A DNA stretch of 64,000 nt from Tubiluchus corallicola (Eukaryota > Animalia > Priapulida). Each line of letters opens with the position of its first letter. The first letter of the stretch is position 1. Location: assembly GCA_030141605.1 (NCBI GenBank), contig JAQGDQ010000362.1, positions 62,001 to 126,000 on the forward strand, read 5' to 3'. Shown piece by piece: positions 29,138-55,075 of the stretch. Both the position numbers and the translations under genes were made by a program. The notes under the pieces are model-generated. The model was not told the DNA's origin. It searched no databases and saw only the letters and a list, made by a program, of their open reading frames with translations.

Positions 29138-31863
29138 GCAATCTCCACATAATGTTGAAAGTAAGCGACTGTAGTTAATGAAAGGACGACGAAAGCAGGC
29201 CATACATTTAGCCAGACCAAAACCAGAATGAAAGGCAAAATTTCCAGATACCCATCCAATGCAGCCAAGCAATTCTGATCTTTTAGGAATCGACCAATCA
29301 GAATGCTGAATTCGGCATAATGTCTTGGGTCATATTCAGGTAAGAACTAAGCTCTACAGTACAGGTGACTTAACATTGATTTTATACACAGGAAACTGTA
29401 CACGACCAGACAAATATGACATTACGTCAGCTAAGAAACGAAACGAGCGCTTTCGTTACATTTTACTCGTTTAATTGTTTCATTAAACTAAAATAATTAA
29501 TTAAAGTCAGCTACTGATTAGCGGGTTTAAGAACGTGATTAGATATTACTGTAGCAAATTATAGTAATAAAAAGGCAGAAATAAGTTAACAAAGTTTTTC
29601 AGCCTACGAGTAAGATATGTACATCACAAGGAACGAAACTTTTGCACTACATGAAAGACATGGTAGATTCTCCATTGATTTAGCAGTGCTTTGACGAAAT
29701 AAAATATTACTCTGTTTTACATCCCCGAAGTGAAAGGTTGTGTGTACGTACTGTTTCAGCGAGTTTGTAAAGAGAATGATAGGGTTATATGTGTTAAATA
29801 GGCCCGGTGGAGAAAGCAGTACAACCTCAAGAAACATGGGTTACCAAATTTAGGTGGAAGATGGAGTCAGTGATAAGTATAACACATCGGCTACCATGAA
29901 AGAATCCATAATAAGCGACTACGCGTTTGTGTTGCAACTTGCAATAAATGTTAAAATCTGTGCCTAGCCCAAAAAGTTGTTAGTTTAAAAAACATGTTTG
30001 CGCTGTAAATGTATTTGGCAAATAGAACCTACAACGCCTTAATCAAATTAAGTATAATTGTTCATAATGATCCTAAAGTGCTTTTATGGTTACACATTAT
30101 ACCCAGAGCTCAGGAATGGTTGCTATCACTGCAAATACTTACATTTTACAGTTTATATTCCAAACAAAACGGGATTAGATCGGGATTTGGCCTATATTTT
30201 TGCCCACACGGTCTATAGTTTAAGGTTAACAACTTTGTATATTTAATGTTGAAGCAATTTATAATATTATAATAGCCTTTTTTAAGTTTAAACTTCTCAA
30301 CAAGTTAATTAAGAATATGAGTTTTAATTTTTTAGAAACCCCATTCAAGTTTTGCTGTTAAGCCGTTAAACTGCTACATTTCACTTGGAAGTAGGCCAAA
30401 AACCATGTACTGCACCAAGTAGGCGTATTGGTCAAAGAAGTTACAACTTGTTAAAACAGCTCATTCACATTGGCTTCAAGTCTAAGGTACGTTATATTCT
30501 ATAGTAGTGACGTCTTTATTTTATTTATAAAGTCAACAATAATATGAACGTAAGTTTTGGATTCATATCTTTTGAGAGAAGTTTCTTCTATGTAAATATT
30601 CCGTGTTATACATTGTGTTCACAGAGTAATTTTACATATTTGCAAAAATTAGTTGCAATACATGTACAGTCATGGTGAAGCAATGATGAGTTCACATTCA
30701 TGCATCGGCAGTGCAACATGCATGCAATGCCACTATATTATAACCTATGCTCGTTCAAGCCTGGATACGAATTCGCCGTCTAATGTGTGCGAGAACGTTC
30801 GACGCTCTTTTTGCGGTCAATCATCTGCATGTGATTTAACTTTATATCTATAAGGTACAGCGGCATTGTTCATGTGAAAATCTGTATGTTTCTATTTGCA
30901 AGAGTAAAGCATTTACTACCCTAAAGTTCAGAAACGATTTGCAATCACAAACAACTAAGTTGTGTAAAAGGTAAAAATCAGTAAAATTGAGTAAATAAGG
31001 TTATGGGGCACAAAAACGTGCATTAACAACCTAAGAAATCAATGTGGATGAAAAAAATGTAGGTGGCCTACCGCAACACCATGACTGGACTTACAACCAC
31101 CTGAAATATATGAAACTATGAATGTGTTCATGCTCTACTGCTAGGTGAAGCGTTGAGAATGTACTATAATGCTTGACAGACTAGTTACAATCAACTCGTC
31201 TGATTTTAATGTCTCTGCTGTTACTGTTGTCCACATAGCCGCTAAGCGTGCCAACGAACTTTGCTTGTTCTTCCGTAGTCTATAATGTTTTTGTTAAACT
31301 AGCGAAAGCTTTTTGGCCAAAGCATTCTATGGCATGGTTGTTAAGCGTTGCACGAGTGTAATGTAATATCGAGGTATCATTACCTAAAAATAGCAGGTAA
31401 GATTTTTGATGATTTTTTCCACGTGTGTTGCTAACATACGTTTACATGTCACATAATTTTGGCGACGTAGTTTTGTTTCGTACGCAACTAGGTTGTTCCA
31501 ATATGGATCACAAATGTTAATTATACAGATTATAGTTTGTGTCGTACATTTAATGCAGAAACTGCTTGTTCACTTTAAAACGTTTTTTTCGTGCAATTGA
31601 CTTACAAGATTGTATTCGATTTTTAAAACGTTGTTATAAATTTGTAACTTTATACAGTTTGCAAATCATTTTAAACGTATTAGCGTAAGTTACTGAGATA
31701 TCACATAATAATAATTACGTAAAATACTTTATTTGTTGAATTAGCGTCAGAAATCGCGAAGAATTCGATTCGACGGGCATCAATCTAAAAAAAAGTTAGA
31801 TTGGCTAAAAGAACTGAAAAACAGTTCTTATGTTAAAGCGACGGGTGCAATTTCTTAAAGTTT

Positions 31864-31901
<38 letters not shown>

Positions 31902-33670
31902 GTGCGCATGTGTGTGTGTAAATGTAAATGAAGGCAAAACCTTTGCGTATCAGTCTCAGAATTAAATAATTAAGAAAACGACTAATTATGTATTGTAAGC
32001 CAACAAAGAATATCAAATGAGAAAGTTTAACAACGGTAGTCAGATGTAATAAGAGAGTTAAATTATTTTAGAGAAAACTAGTTGAACCGAATTGCTAATT
32101 TAGGATATATGCCTATGCCACTAAAGTGTTTCAGTACGACAACTGCAGCTGCCTAGAATATTATTCAATTTTTCTGCTTATCCAGCTGAAATTGTTACTT
32201 CAATGCAAACTAAATTTAGTATGCCCATGACTGATTCACTCCATAACAACCATAGTTTGTTCATCAGATTGTAACTTAATTCAGTATATTACGCCAAAGC
32301 CGTATTTGCTACTTAATCAGATAAAACTGAAACAATTTCTTGATGTTTTTGACTAAATAACTGTGTTAAGAACCAGCAGTAAATCAATACAGTTCTACTC
32401 ATAAGTTATAAATAAAGGCCTCATTTCATGTTTTAAAAATATGTATGAGGAAAACTAATTAAATGATGATATCTTACGCATCAATGAGAAGTCATGCAGC
32501 TAGAATGATTTTGATGTCATTCCTGTTGTTCATCTTCCTTTTGTTGTTGTTCCTAGTAGAGACCAACGAATGATGGCTTGCTGTCCCATTAAAAACCAGA
32601 CTTCGTGACAGCTAGATAACAAAAACACCCCAAGTTGTTCACATACAAAAACATCTATCATCAGGCATCTATCAACTCTATGTCATCACAGACCTTGACA
32701 AACTACAATAATTGACATCGTTATTATTAGTATATACTTTTAAAAGAATTTATACAACATAAGTGGGATTCTTAGGTTTGTCTGTTTGCTACCTAAATCA
32801 TTTTATTCAGCGAAATACTGGCAGCTACTTGACTTCCGAGTCTTTAGTTTTTACCGAGAGTTATTCACTATCGCGCCTAGTCCACAATTTTCAACGTCTT
32901 CTTTCTTTCTGCAGCTCATTACCCGTAATGGGTAATAATTGGTAAAAAACTTTATAAACATTTTGGCAATCACAGTCATAATCTAACTAATTAAAGCTAT
33001 TCACTTAATGCGCTCATTTATTCACTTAATTGATTTTCAGTTCAAAAAATAGAAAAGATGTTTCATGGATGATGAAGCACCCAACGTTAAAGCACAAGAA
33101 AACAATTTTTTCCAATTACACGAGTCTTTCAAACAGCTATGCGTAATGCGCAGTAACATAACGTTATATAGAGAGTTTTTCATATTCCCCTTTCTTCCCC
33201 TTCAAATTTTTTCACTTTGTTGACATTCAGTTTTGTGTTTCATTTGCAAAACTAGAAAGTTTTCGGTTACCTATTTCAGGCGACTTATGGTAACGAATGT
33301 GGGGGAGTCCGAAACAGGTTTTGATATGGTATTAGATGAGGCCTGAGTAGTCGATTTAATATTAATGATGAATTTACTCGATAAACGTTAACCGAGTTAA
33401 CAACAGCTGTACTGCCGATTGCCATTATTCAGACTAAATTACTACCAGTTTGCATACCATCAAAAATTGTTTCTTGCAAAAGTGAAACCAAAAGTCGAGC
33501 AAAATATTGAAGATTCGAAGTTACCTTTTTTCACATCAAGTGCCACTCCGTAAACAGTCTTCAGAATGCACTGGTGAAAAAAAAAAGAAAACAGACAAAG
33601 CAGCATGCTTAATCTGAAAAAAGACCTTTATCTAACAAAATTCGCAATATTTGTTTTCTGTACAGGAGCA

Positions 33671-42433
<8,763 letters not shown>

Positions 42434-42615
42434 CAGCTTGTTGTATTTCATTGATTGTAATTACCGCTTCAAGATGGCAGCATATTAACATGAATCTTGT
42501 GGACGTTGTGATTGTATGGAGTTATACATGTACATTCCCCTGCTTTGAATTTATTGTTGAAACTTGATTAAAAACACAAAAATGTTTCACGAAGTTTTTG
42601 TATATATAAATTTAG

Positions 42616-42625
42616 AATAAATAAA
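42616..42625 (+). terminator. Candidate polyadenylation signal of the UGDH-like gene
   Basis: Overlapping AATAAA hexamers (AATAAATAAA) ~180 nt after the stop. Confidence 0.55.
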
Positions 42626-44850
42626 CAAATGTTGCGCTAATTACATTTAGAACACAAAAAGTGAACTGGACTGAATGAAATTATTTGTAGTTCTGCAACG
42701 TCTTTTAGCATATTTTGTGAATTTAGCATTTTATTTGCTACACTTGTAAAGCGGTTCGCCATATCTTCAGCGGTTTGCTGATAAAACTAGAACCATTGAA
42801 AACACATTCGTTATTCTTGAGCGTGCTAATGATACTCAAAATAACTAACTGTATGAATTTAAGAATCTAAGAGCTTTGAAATAGTGACTGTGGAATCTGT
42901 GCCTATCTATAGATGTGTAGTAAAAACTTATTAATTGCAGTATATTGCTAATTAAGGACTGTTCAGCGCACAGGTAAAATAATTTTATTGTCAATGGTGA
43001 TTTTTAATTATGGTGGGACTGATTTTTAGATGCCTGGCGAAGTTTTTGTGGCCGGTGTTCTTTTTAATAAATTCACTGTAATACTTAATAATGATTTTTT
43101 TACTCATAATTGTCTCGGTAAAACTGTTGTAGACAAAATAACTCCTTAACTTTGTCATTCCTTTCCCAATGTGTAAGATGTATGACGAGAAAAGAGTGAT
43201 TATTTGCGATAACGTTAGGTCCGCGGCCAACAGTGACACAGAAAAGCATTATTTGTAAACTAAAATTAAAGAAAAGTATAAAATCTAGCCCCGCTATTAA
43301 GCGAAATTTATGAAACATAAAACGTGAAGCTGAACAAAATGTTCACATCGCTTGCGGCTTGGAATTATATCACGTTCGCAGCAATTATCCTCGAGCACAG
43401 CTATCTTTAGAAGTTCTATGATAGTTACTGTGTTATTAGTAGGCTATATGCCTTGATTTAATAATGTCAAACATTTTATAATAAAGTTATGTTTAAAATC
43501 GCTAAATGGTAATTTCAATTTTATTTATTTTGCAAACCTAGTAGTGACTTATTGGAAAAGATCGGTTGAATTGGTTGCATCGGTTGAATTGGGTTTCTCT
43601 AAACTGGGTTGTATATAAGGCCTAAATTAATCGCGCGTAGCATATGAGTGTCACATCTTGATACATTTTGCAAGAATTACGTGAAGTAAATCGTCGTATG
43701 TTTATATCGGCATTTTTTTATATAAAAAAGCAATGTTGTTTATATTACTGTGATTGCTGTTTAGATTAAAACCACGCACTGCTCTGCATTATCCTAATTT
43801 CCGGGCCTGCCTTTAAAGACATGCATTACTGTCAAACGTATTTTAATCTTGTAAATATATAACAAGATCTCTCACTTACTCCAACAGATTTTTTTCAACG
43901 GATCTAGTCTCAAGTGGTGGAAATACAGACGTGCCAAAACTGATAGGATGTCAATATATGCCTTGCCGCCCATGTAAAAATATATGCAATTACAAATTCC
44001 AAAAAATTAGATAGGTATCAAATGTTTAAAAGTTGATAATAGGACAAAAACGTGATTTTTTAGGTTTATATAATCAATACTGGGGCATATCCCTGATCCG
44101 GACCCGAAACGCCCAAATAGGAAAAAATATGAAATCTTCCTCAAAGGACAACACTCTAAAAATTCTCCCATGTTCTTGTCCCAGAATCATCTTTCAAAAG
44201 TTTGATGCCTAATCTATTTTTTTGAAATTTGCAGCTGTAAATGTTTTTTCTATAGGCGGCAAAAGCGAGTTATGACGTCCATTTTGGCATTTTTCAGTAC
44301 TTTTCACCATGTAGATTTCTTGGGATTTTTCAGAATGTTGTTAAGAAGGTACGGAAGTTAAATCAGTTGAATAAATCTGTTAAAATTAGTGAGACATTCC
44401 GCCCCTATTTTTCACAAAAATGCCTGGACTAGATATGCTTATTTGAGAAAGTCCAGATACACAGTCTTTGCCCTGGTTAGCGACTGAAAATGTAATTGAA
44501 TCTAATTTGTTTATTGTATGACAGGTAGACTGACAAACGTTACACATTTTGATCAGATGATTCCGCGTCTGTTTGGCATTGCTAAATCTGATATTATTCA
44601 CAAACTCAAGAACACAAAAATATATTTTATGAACAATTATAAATAACCTCATGCATAGAAAATAATGACCAGTAAATGAGCATCATCAAAAGGCATAGAT
44701 CTCCAAGGTCAAAAAATTAATAGGTATTACTAGACTTCAGTTTGCTAAAGTCAATTTAAACGAACTTGTTATTTTACTGGGTTTGTTAAAACTCATAATC
44801 ATCCGCTGTTTTCAAAAAATGTTCTAACTTGTTTAAGGCGATCCTTAAAC

Positions 44851-44986
44851 TATTGCTTAAGTCTAATATAATAATTTTTTCTCACAGTGACGTCACACGA
44901 GAACGTAGATCTGCGGCCCATAATTGAGCTCCCTACTGATCTCACGTCACTGTGAGAAAAAAATATTATATTAGACTTAAGCAATA
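44851..44986. repeat. Inverted repeat / foldback, ~43-bp arms, ~50-bp spacer (probable MITE)
   Basis: TATTGCTTAAGTCTAATATAATAATTTTTTCTCACAGTGACGT ... ACGTCACTGTGAGAAAAAAATATTATATTAGACTTAAGCAATA. Confidence 0.85.
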
Positions 44987-47009
44987 TGATCATCACCCTA
45001 TTATCATAGCGTCAAGTTTGTATTATTTTTATTTTTTCGATCTTTTACTGAGCTTTTGGAATTAAAGTCATTAGCTTTCCAGCTCTTGTGCAGACCTATG
45101 CCAAGTCTTATGAATATTGCTTAATCCGTTTTGATTTTATGTTCGTTGTAATCTCGGTGGGCTGTCTACAAAAAAAGAACAAAAAAAACAAAAAGTCTTT
45201 TGGACAGATTTAATAATACCTTAAAAACATTGCAAAAAATCTATTACGACAAGGACTGGTCTTTCGTTTTTGCATTAATAAAGTTTTGTGATTTGCATGA
45301 TAAAAATTTAATACTAACGTATAGGTGTGATATTTTATAACGCCACTCCATTTATGCCAATAAGGGTTAGATAACACCTTTTCTTTTTTCTGAAAAAACA
45401 TAATATAGTCTGTTCTCCGGGTTTGGGATTTTGAAATATAGTAAACAACCATTTATTTGTGACAGCAATATGGTTTTTATGTGTGCATTACTGCTCTGAA
45501 AGGGCCAAAAATCATTTCACCAGGAACATATAACTTTCGTATATATTATATACAAAATTGGGTTCGAGTATGAGACTTTCCACTAAGCTGGTTGATATAG
45601 GACGTGCATGCCAAATTTAGATACTTCAAAAAGGCAAATAATTTGTAGTTTAGCTAGTCCCCGAAAGCAGCTATTAGTCATTTAGTTTTATGTAAACGAG
45701 TGTGCACCCACCGAAAGTTCTGCCATTATTTTCTTTTATAGGTTAATTTTCGTTTAGGGTTTATATGCCATTAAGAACTGTCGAACTATTACTATTTCTC
45801 AAAATATAATGTGGTTAAAGTTATTTTAACGTTACTGACTTTTGTGACTTCTAATGATGTGGAAAGTCGTTGAGCAAGCAGTTGCGAAATAATGCCGTGC
45901 CTTGGACACACAGGCAGTCAGAGGTTTCCTTAATTTACTAACTGTATTTTAGAAAAATGTGGCTCGTTAGTAGTGACAGTCGCTTCAGGATAGCCATAGC
46001 CCAGGTGATAATTTTAGATAAGCATGTAATGTGTACCCTGCGGTGCTTGGACTTCTTAGGCCCCAAAATTAGAAAAAAACATTCAATCACCAATATTCAA
46101 AGAATTTGAGCTGAGCTAGAGAGTCATTACTTGTAATAAGTGAGCAACGTATTGGCGAAAATCATTATGATTAATGGTCTGTATAATAAGCCTTGACCAA
46201 AATATTTCGCTAAATTCCCCTGGGCGCAGACAACAGTTCGGCAAAATGGATAGCAACAAACCAACTCCATTGCACAGTATTAAATTGTTGAAACCTTATA
46301 GATTTTGGAGTTAACATAGTGTTCGACAACTAATGTTACATAGAAGGTGTGGTTGGGAATACCCTCTATGGAATGCAAAGTGCAGAAATTTATCTCTTTG
46401 AGTAGGACTATCTGTCCTTGAAGTTTGTTTAATTAACGCTGGACAGCTCAGTGCAGGTGCGTGCGGCTTGAAAACCGCATCGAATTTAAAATACCTGTAC
46501 TAGCAAAAATGTGCTCGAGGTTTATTAACGCCAATTTGCACTATAAGTTTTATAAGTTTATAATTATAATCAACCATGTATTACGTAATTTACATTGTAG
46601 TTAAACCTACTGCACGTATCAGATTTTGCGCAAACTTGAATTTGTTCAAAAAAGATCGCAGAAGAAACAAAATTTCGCATGTTGAAACTTAGAAATTACA
46701 AAGGAACTTAAGAGAATATTATCTCAATGAGCAAAATAACAATAATGATATTATAATGGTATTATTATGAATTGCCTATGCACAAAAAGTGGACAAATAA
46801 CCTTTACGTACAAACATAAACATTCATGTGTGTAATTCTCTAAAACACTTGCAAGATAAACATCGCATTCAGAATTAATGCAGAAGTTTCTGTATTAAGC
46901 ACGAAATTTTTGCTAAATCTGAAACTATTTACTTGAAATGTCGCATTCTCGTATATCTCATACATACATTCTCGTACAACATACCGGATCTTATATTTTA
47001 TCTGCGTTG

Positions 47010-47335
47010 GTTTAATTAGTTTATTAAATAAGACCTTGCACGTGGTGACCTTTTCAACTGAACCGTGACTCGTATGTAAATACAAAATTCACCCACCACA
47101 AAAAATCGTGTGGTGTGGTGGATAAACCTTGTAGTAATCCCAGTGTTCAAAACATTGTCAGACAAAGCGTTCAATGACACTAAATTCATTTCATGTACAT
47201 TTTTGACGAGTCGAATAACGCACATCTTTTTTAGAAATGTTGACAATAGTACTACTGAGCTACACAAGGTTGAAGTCACCCATCCGAGTTTCATTCATAA
47301 ACTTGAGAGATTGAGCTTCTAGTTCGGGGCGGGCA
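47010..47335 (-). mobile_element. Possible decayed LINE 3' end
   Basis: - strand fragments KLGW..., RYSTRQ and NALSDNV resemble CR1/L2 ORF2 C-terminal motifs; AATAAA follows. Confidence 0.3.
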
Positions 47336-50113
47336 ATAAGACTTAGTTCTAAAAATATAGTAACTCTTCAGTTAATGATATACAACAGCATACAAAACTA
47401 AACTTTTTTGTTTGTTTTCGTGCTTTTATTTCAATCTATAGTCACATTAGATTTATGGGCACACATATTAAAGGCTTACGATAGGAAGCGCTATTAAACT
47501 ACTTATAAGGGTAACACGAGAAAAATAAAATATTTCTGTTGATATTTAATGTTTTAATATACATTGAACAAATACTTACAACTGGCTAGCAACTATTGTT
47601 TATCGCTTCCAACTGCAGTTCAAATATTGATTATAAGAATAGAACCAAATTTCTTATTAATACGAGTGATTTTACTGTGTTGCGTAATTCAAGTTTTACG
47701 ACTTGTTTTCTAATATAGGCTGCTTTCCTATTTTGTTGTTTGCGTATGTGTATTGTTACAATGGAAAGAAAGAGAACACGTAAAAACTTTAATAAATTTA
47801 TGCTTCTAATTCATATTTTATTTTCCATCGATATTTACAAAACAATAATTTCGATCTTTAAACAAGAAAGCTATAAACTACGTACAGTAACGTAACCTAC
47901 ATGCAACTAATTTATTTGGTTTGTATTCTAACATAAACTAATAAAATACTAAATCACTAGTTTTCTCTTAGTGCATGCAAGAGCTCATTTATGTACTAAA
48001 CAAATTGAGAAAACGAAAACAAATTTATGGTAAATTTATTGTTCTTTACAAGCTGGACTTTTTTTGTAACTTTATGCCTCAAGGTTGATCATAGTAAGTC
48101 TAGTAACAGAAGCATTTCTATAATTTTCAAAAAAAGTCAAAGTAAAATACCTTGTCGTCGTATGACTTCATTGACAGTGCATTTTACACAATTTCATTTT
48201 AACAGCTGATAGCATCAGCAGATTTAAAAAGGGTTCCTAACAAGTAGTATTCTCTTGAGATTTTTGTAACTTCAGAAGGAATATAGAAAAAATATTTTGA
48301 TATTGTTGTAGGAACTAGCATATCAAAAACACAGTTTGTATATAAGGCCTCTAAACGAGTCCATGCAGGTGAAATTGATAAGAGCAGCTCTCTTTAAACT
48401 TTTTCTTCAATTATAACTAAATCACAGAAATTAATTACATCGTGAACATTCCAAACTATTAAACAATCTCAAAGTAATTTTAACGTAGCTAACAGTGGAA
48501 AACTCATAATAATACAATTACTCATTTTTATTAATTCAATATTTAATGAGTTTTAACAGCTTATTTTGAAAAAAGCTCGATGTATAGCGCGCAAAGGTGA
48601 TAATAAGTAATTTAGACCAAAATGTTTAGCTGACATTGAAGTCCTACAAATATACATGAAAGGACTTTCAAAATTGGTTAAAAACGCAAGAAAGCGGTGA
48701 TTATTCGGATGACTAGGTCATTCTTTGCATTTTTTAAAAAGTAAATTTGAGCAAATTATAGAAATTGGCTCTGCGGTAGAATAACACAGTGCGATACATA
48801 CAGTCACTGCTGTCTAGTCAAAAACTTAATACGCGTTGCCTTTATAGTCACTGTCTAGATTTTGCACTGTTAGTTGCTCATAAATCTGACATTTTGTTTA
48901 ATTAAACATCTTTAAGTTGCATCATACAACTATGAACATGATGACAAAAATAAGACTGCTTTAAACTAGATACTTCGAAAAAAATAAGATGTAGTTTGCC
49001 TTAGTAGTATTCTCGTATATTTTTAAGTCAACTTGTGACAAGCTATTTAAAACGGAAGCGAATACCTGGCATCTAGAAGAAACATCAGTAATTTTTCTTA
49101 AAACGAAGACCTATATAAAAAGTTGTCAAACACGTTCAAGCCATTTAAACTTGAAAGTAAGAACAAAAACCATAAAGCCCTAAATAAGTTCAAGTCAGCC
49201 GCAACTCACAACACTGCACTTGTAATATCATTACTATAAATTACCAGAAAAGAACTTATTCTGTAATTAAACGAAACCATACCTGGCGTATAGAACTATA
49301 GATTGTAAGAAAGCGTAGTGAATCTTGGTTCATTCTGTGAGCGCCATGAATTTGTATAAAATGCATATACTCTAGTCTACGCTATTTAGTTTTTATTTCT
49401 TTCCTGTTTTGAGAACGAATAAGCTGTTTTATGTAATATCGTAATATGCAAAACCAAATGTTTACATCACCTGTTGTCCCATACACGTCGTGCAGCAAGG
49501 GTATTTTGAGAGCGCAGTACAAAATTCAATCATATAGCTACAACCACATATCAACGAAATTTTTTTGCAGTTTAAGCTTAATTACTATACATTTCTAATT
49601 ACATATAATCGCATAGTATTGCTCAATTTGCCAGATGATTAGCTTTTTTGCAGTTTACATATTCGGCGGAAATGCAAACAAACAAGTTTAATGAACTAAA
49701 ATTAACTGACATAATTAATACTATAAAGGCAAGACAAGTGTCTGTAACTTTAACTTGAGCTCTACGACCGAAAATTCGAATTATAGACTAAGCTGGTGTT
49801 CAGATATCACTATCTCGATACTACTCATCGCGAAGAACCGACTAGCATTTGAAACTAAATTATCGGAAACCTCTCAACCGAATTGATAAGGCAGGTCTTG
49901 TTCTGAAAAAGAAGAAACAGAGCGGTGCAATTAATTATTATAACTTAATTGTCAAGATTATTATTAGCGGTAATACAAACCAAAAATTGGCTACATTTTG
50001 ACGATACGAAACTTGAAAGGCGGGAAAATGTTGGAATACAGTTTAACCAGCGATATTTCATTGATCAGCACTTAGGGGCAGTCGTGAATTATAGACTATC
50101 TTGACTTTTGGGA

Positions 50114-50185
50114 GGTACAGTGGCTTAGTAGTCTAAGGCGTCTACCTTGTAAGCAAAAGGACCCTGATATATTCAAATATTGACA
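50114..50185 (+). mobile_element. Degenerate tRNA-derived sequence (SINE head or tRNA-Thr-like pseudogene)
   Basis: GGTACAGTGGCTTAGTAGTCTAAGGCGTC (A-box-like), CTTGTAA loop, broken B box (TATTCAAAT); acceptor stem does not close. Confidence 0.45.
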
Positions 50186-51682
50186 GTTTTCCAGCCTTTC
50201 ACATTTCTCGATTTTCAAAATTTAACTAATTGTTGGTTTGTATCATCATCAGAAAAGCGCAACTACTGTATTTCAGACCATATATTTGTAACTTAAATGT
50301 ATTTTACGGTATCATTTTGAAGTTGCAAGAGAGTGTTAACCAGGAATAGCTTAGTCAGTAACGTGTTTCCTATTCATGCGGGAAATGCCAGTTTAAGGCC
50401 GAGTCTCACAAAATGTAAAAATGGTTGCTCAAGATTAAAAACACATTTAATAATACTGATGCGAGTTTAGTTTGTTACCTTCAGTTGGCTAGGCACGCTT
50501 TACTATAACTTATGTTATTTGTTGATCTAGAAGCTGGAGAAAAGGAAGCTTATGATGACGATGATGACATACACCGAGTCTCAGAAAACTCATACATGGT
50601 TGCTTAAGCAAAAAGAACACAATTGACAATAACTTATGCAAGTTTAATTTGTTAATTTGAGTTAGCGATGTCTGCTTTATTATAGCTTATGTTATTTGTT
50701 GATCTAGAAGCTGACTTAAAATGAAGCTTATGATGATGATGATGATGACGATGGTGAATATATAATGATTCAGTGCATAATAGCTACCGTTATAAGCCGG
50801 TAGGAGGATTCGTAATTATTTCACATTTTACTACCGGATAGGGACTCTTGATATTGTAACAACTGCAGTAGCCTCTTAGGAATTTGTCGTCGTATTAATA
50901 AAACTTAATGTACCTCTCATAGCACTATAAGCAGCCTTGCAGCTTTCAAGTATGAACTGTCCTATACCTACTTCCATTTAATGATATAATGTGTTATTGT
51001 ATACAAATATATAGCTCTAGGTCAAAACTGGTTATTTTTGATCGCGTCTAAATTAGGTGAAGACCGTTGCTTGGTAACCCGAAAGCTGCAGATACGGGTG
51101 AATACTTAGATTTTTGATTAAAAACAATTACACTGAGATTCATAAATCCCTCTAACTGACTGGCGTATGGGTGTGCCTGTAGGTTTAAAGGTTTATCGGG
51201 CATAGTTTTAAATAAGTTTACATAACTAAATTATGAACATTTATTGTCATCTGAATCACCTTGACGCACTTTCTGATTTCATTTAAATTCAGAGCATGCA
51301 GCTTATCATAATTAATAAATAAGCCTAGAGGTCTGTCTTCGTAGCACAGGTTTAACAAACTAATTTCTGGGTGAATAATCACGATAAGTTTACACCATTG
51401 AGCGTTATAATCTAAAAAAAATCGCCTAGAACTCAATGCTGTGCTCTCCTTTCTGTTTTAATTTTTTATACAAGCAAGAAATAAACAAAACGAAGGCGTC
51501 TAGTGGAAAGTTGCTTGAATATCTATAGTGTAAGACGTGATTATAAATCTAACAAAGAATTTGACAATTAGTATTGATAATAAATAAGTAAAGGTACGTC
51601 ACCCAATAATCTTTTACTAATTTTTACATTTCAGCAATCATGGACCCATATTATTACTCTGTAAACACCGAGCTACTCAAAA

Positions 51683-55075
<3,393 letters not shown>

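Noticed and set aside
33605-33670. Upstream in-frame ATG extending the UGDH-like N-terminus (MLNLKKD...)
   Set aside because: The extension overlaps a branch-point/pyrimidine tract and AG acceptor at 33665, and homology begins at ATG 33671.
50114-50185. Functional tRNA gene
   Set aside because: The B box/T arm is broken and the acceptor stem does not pair.
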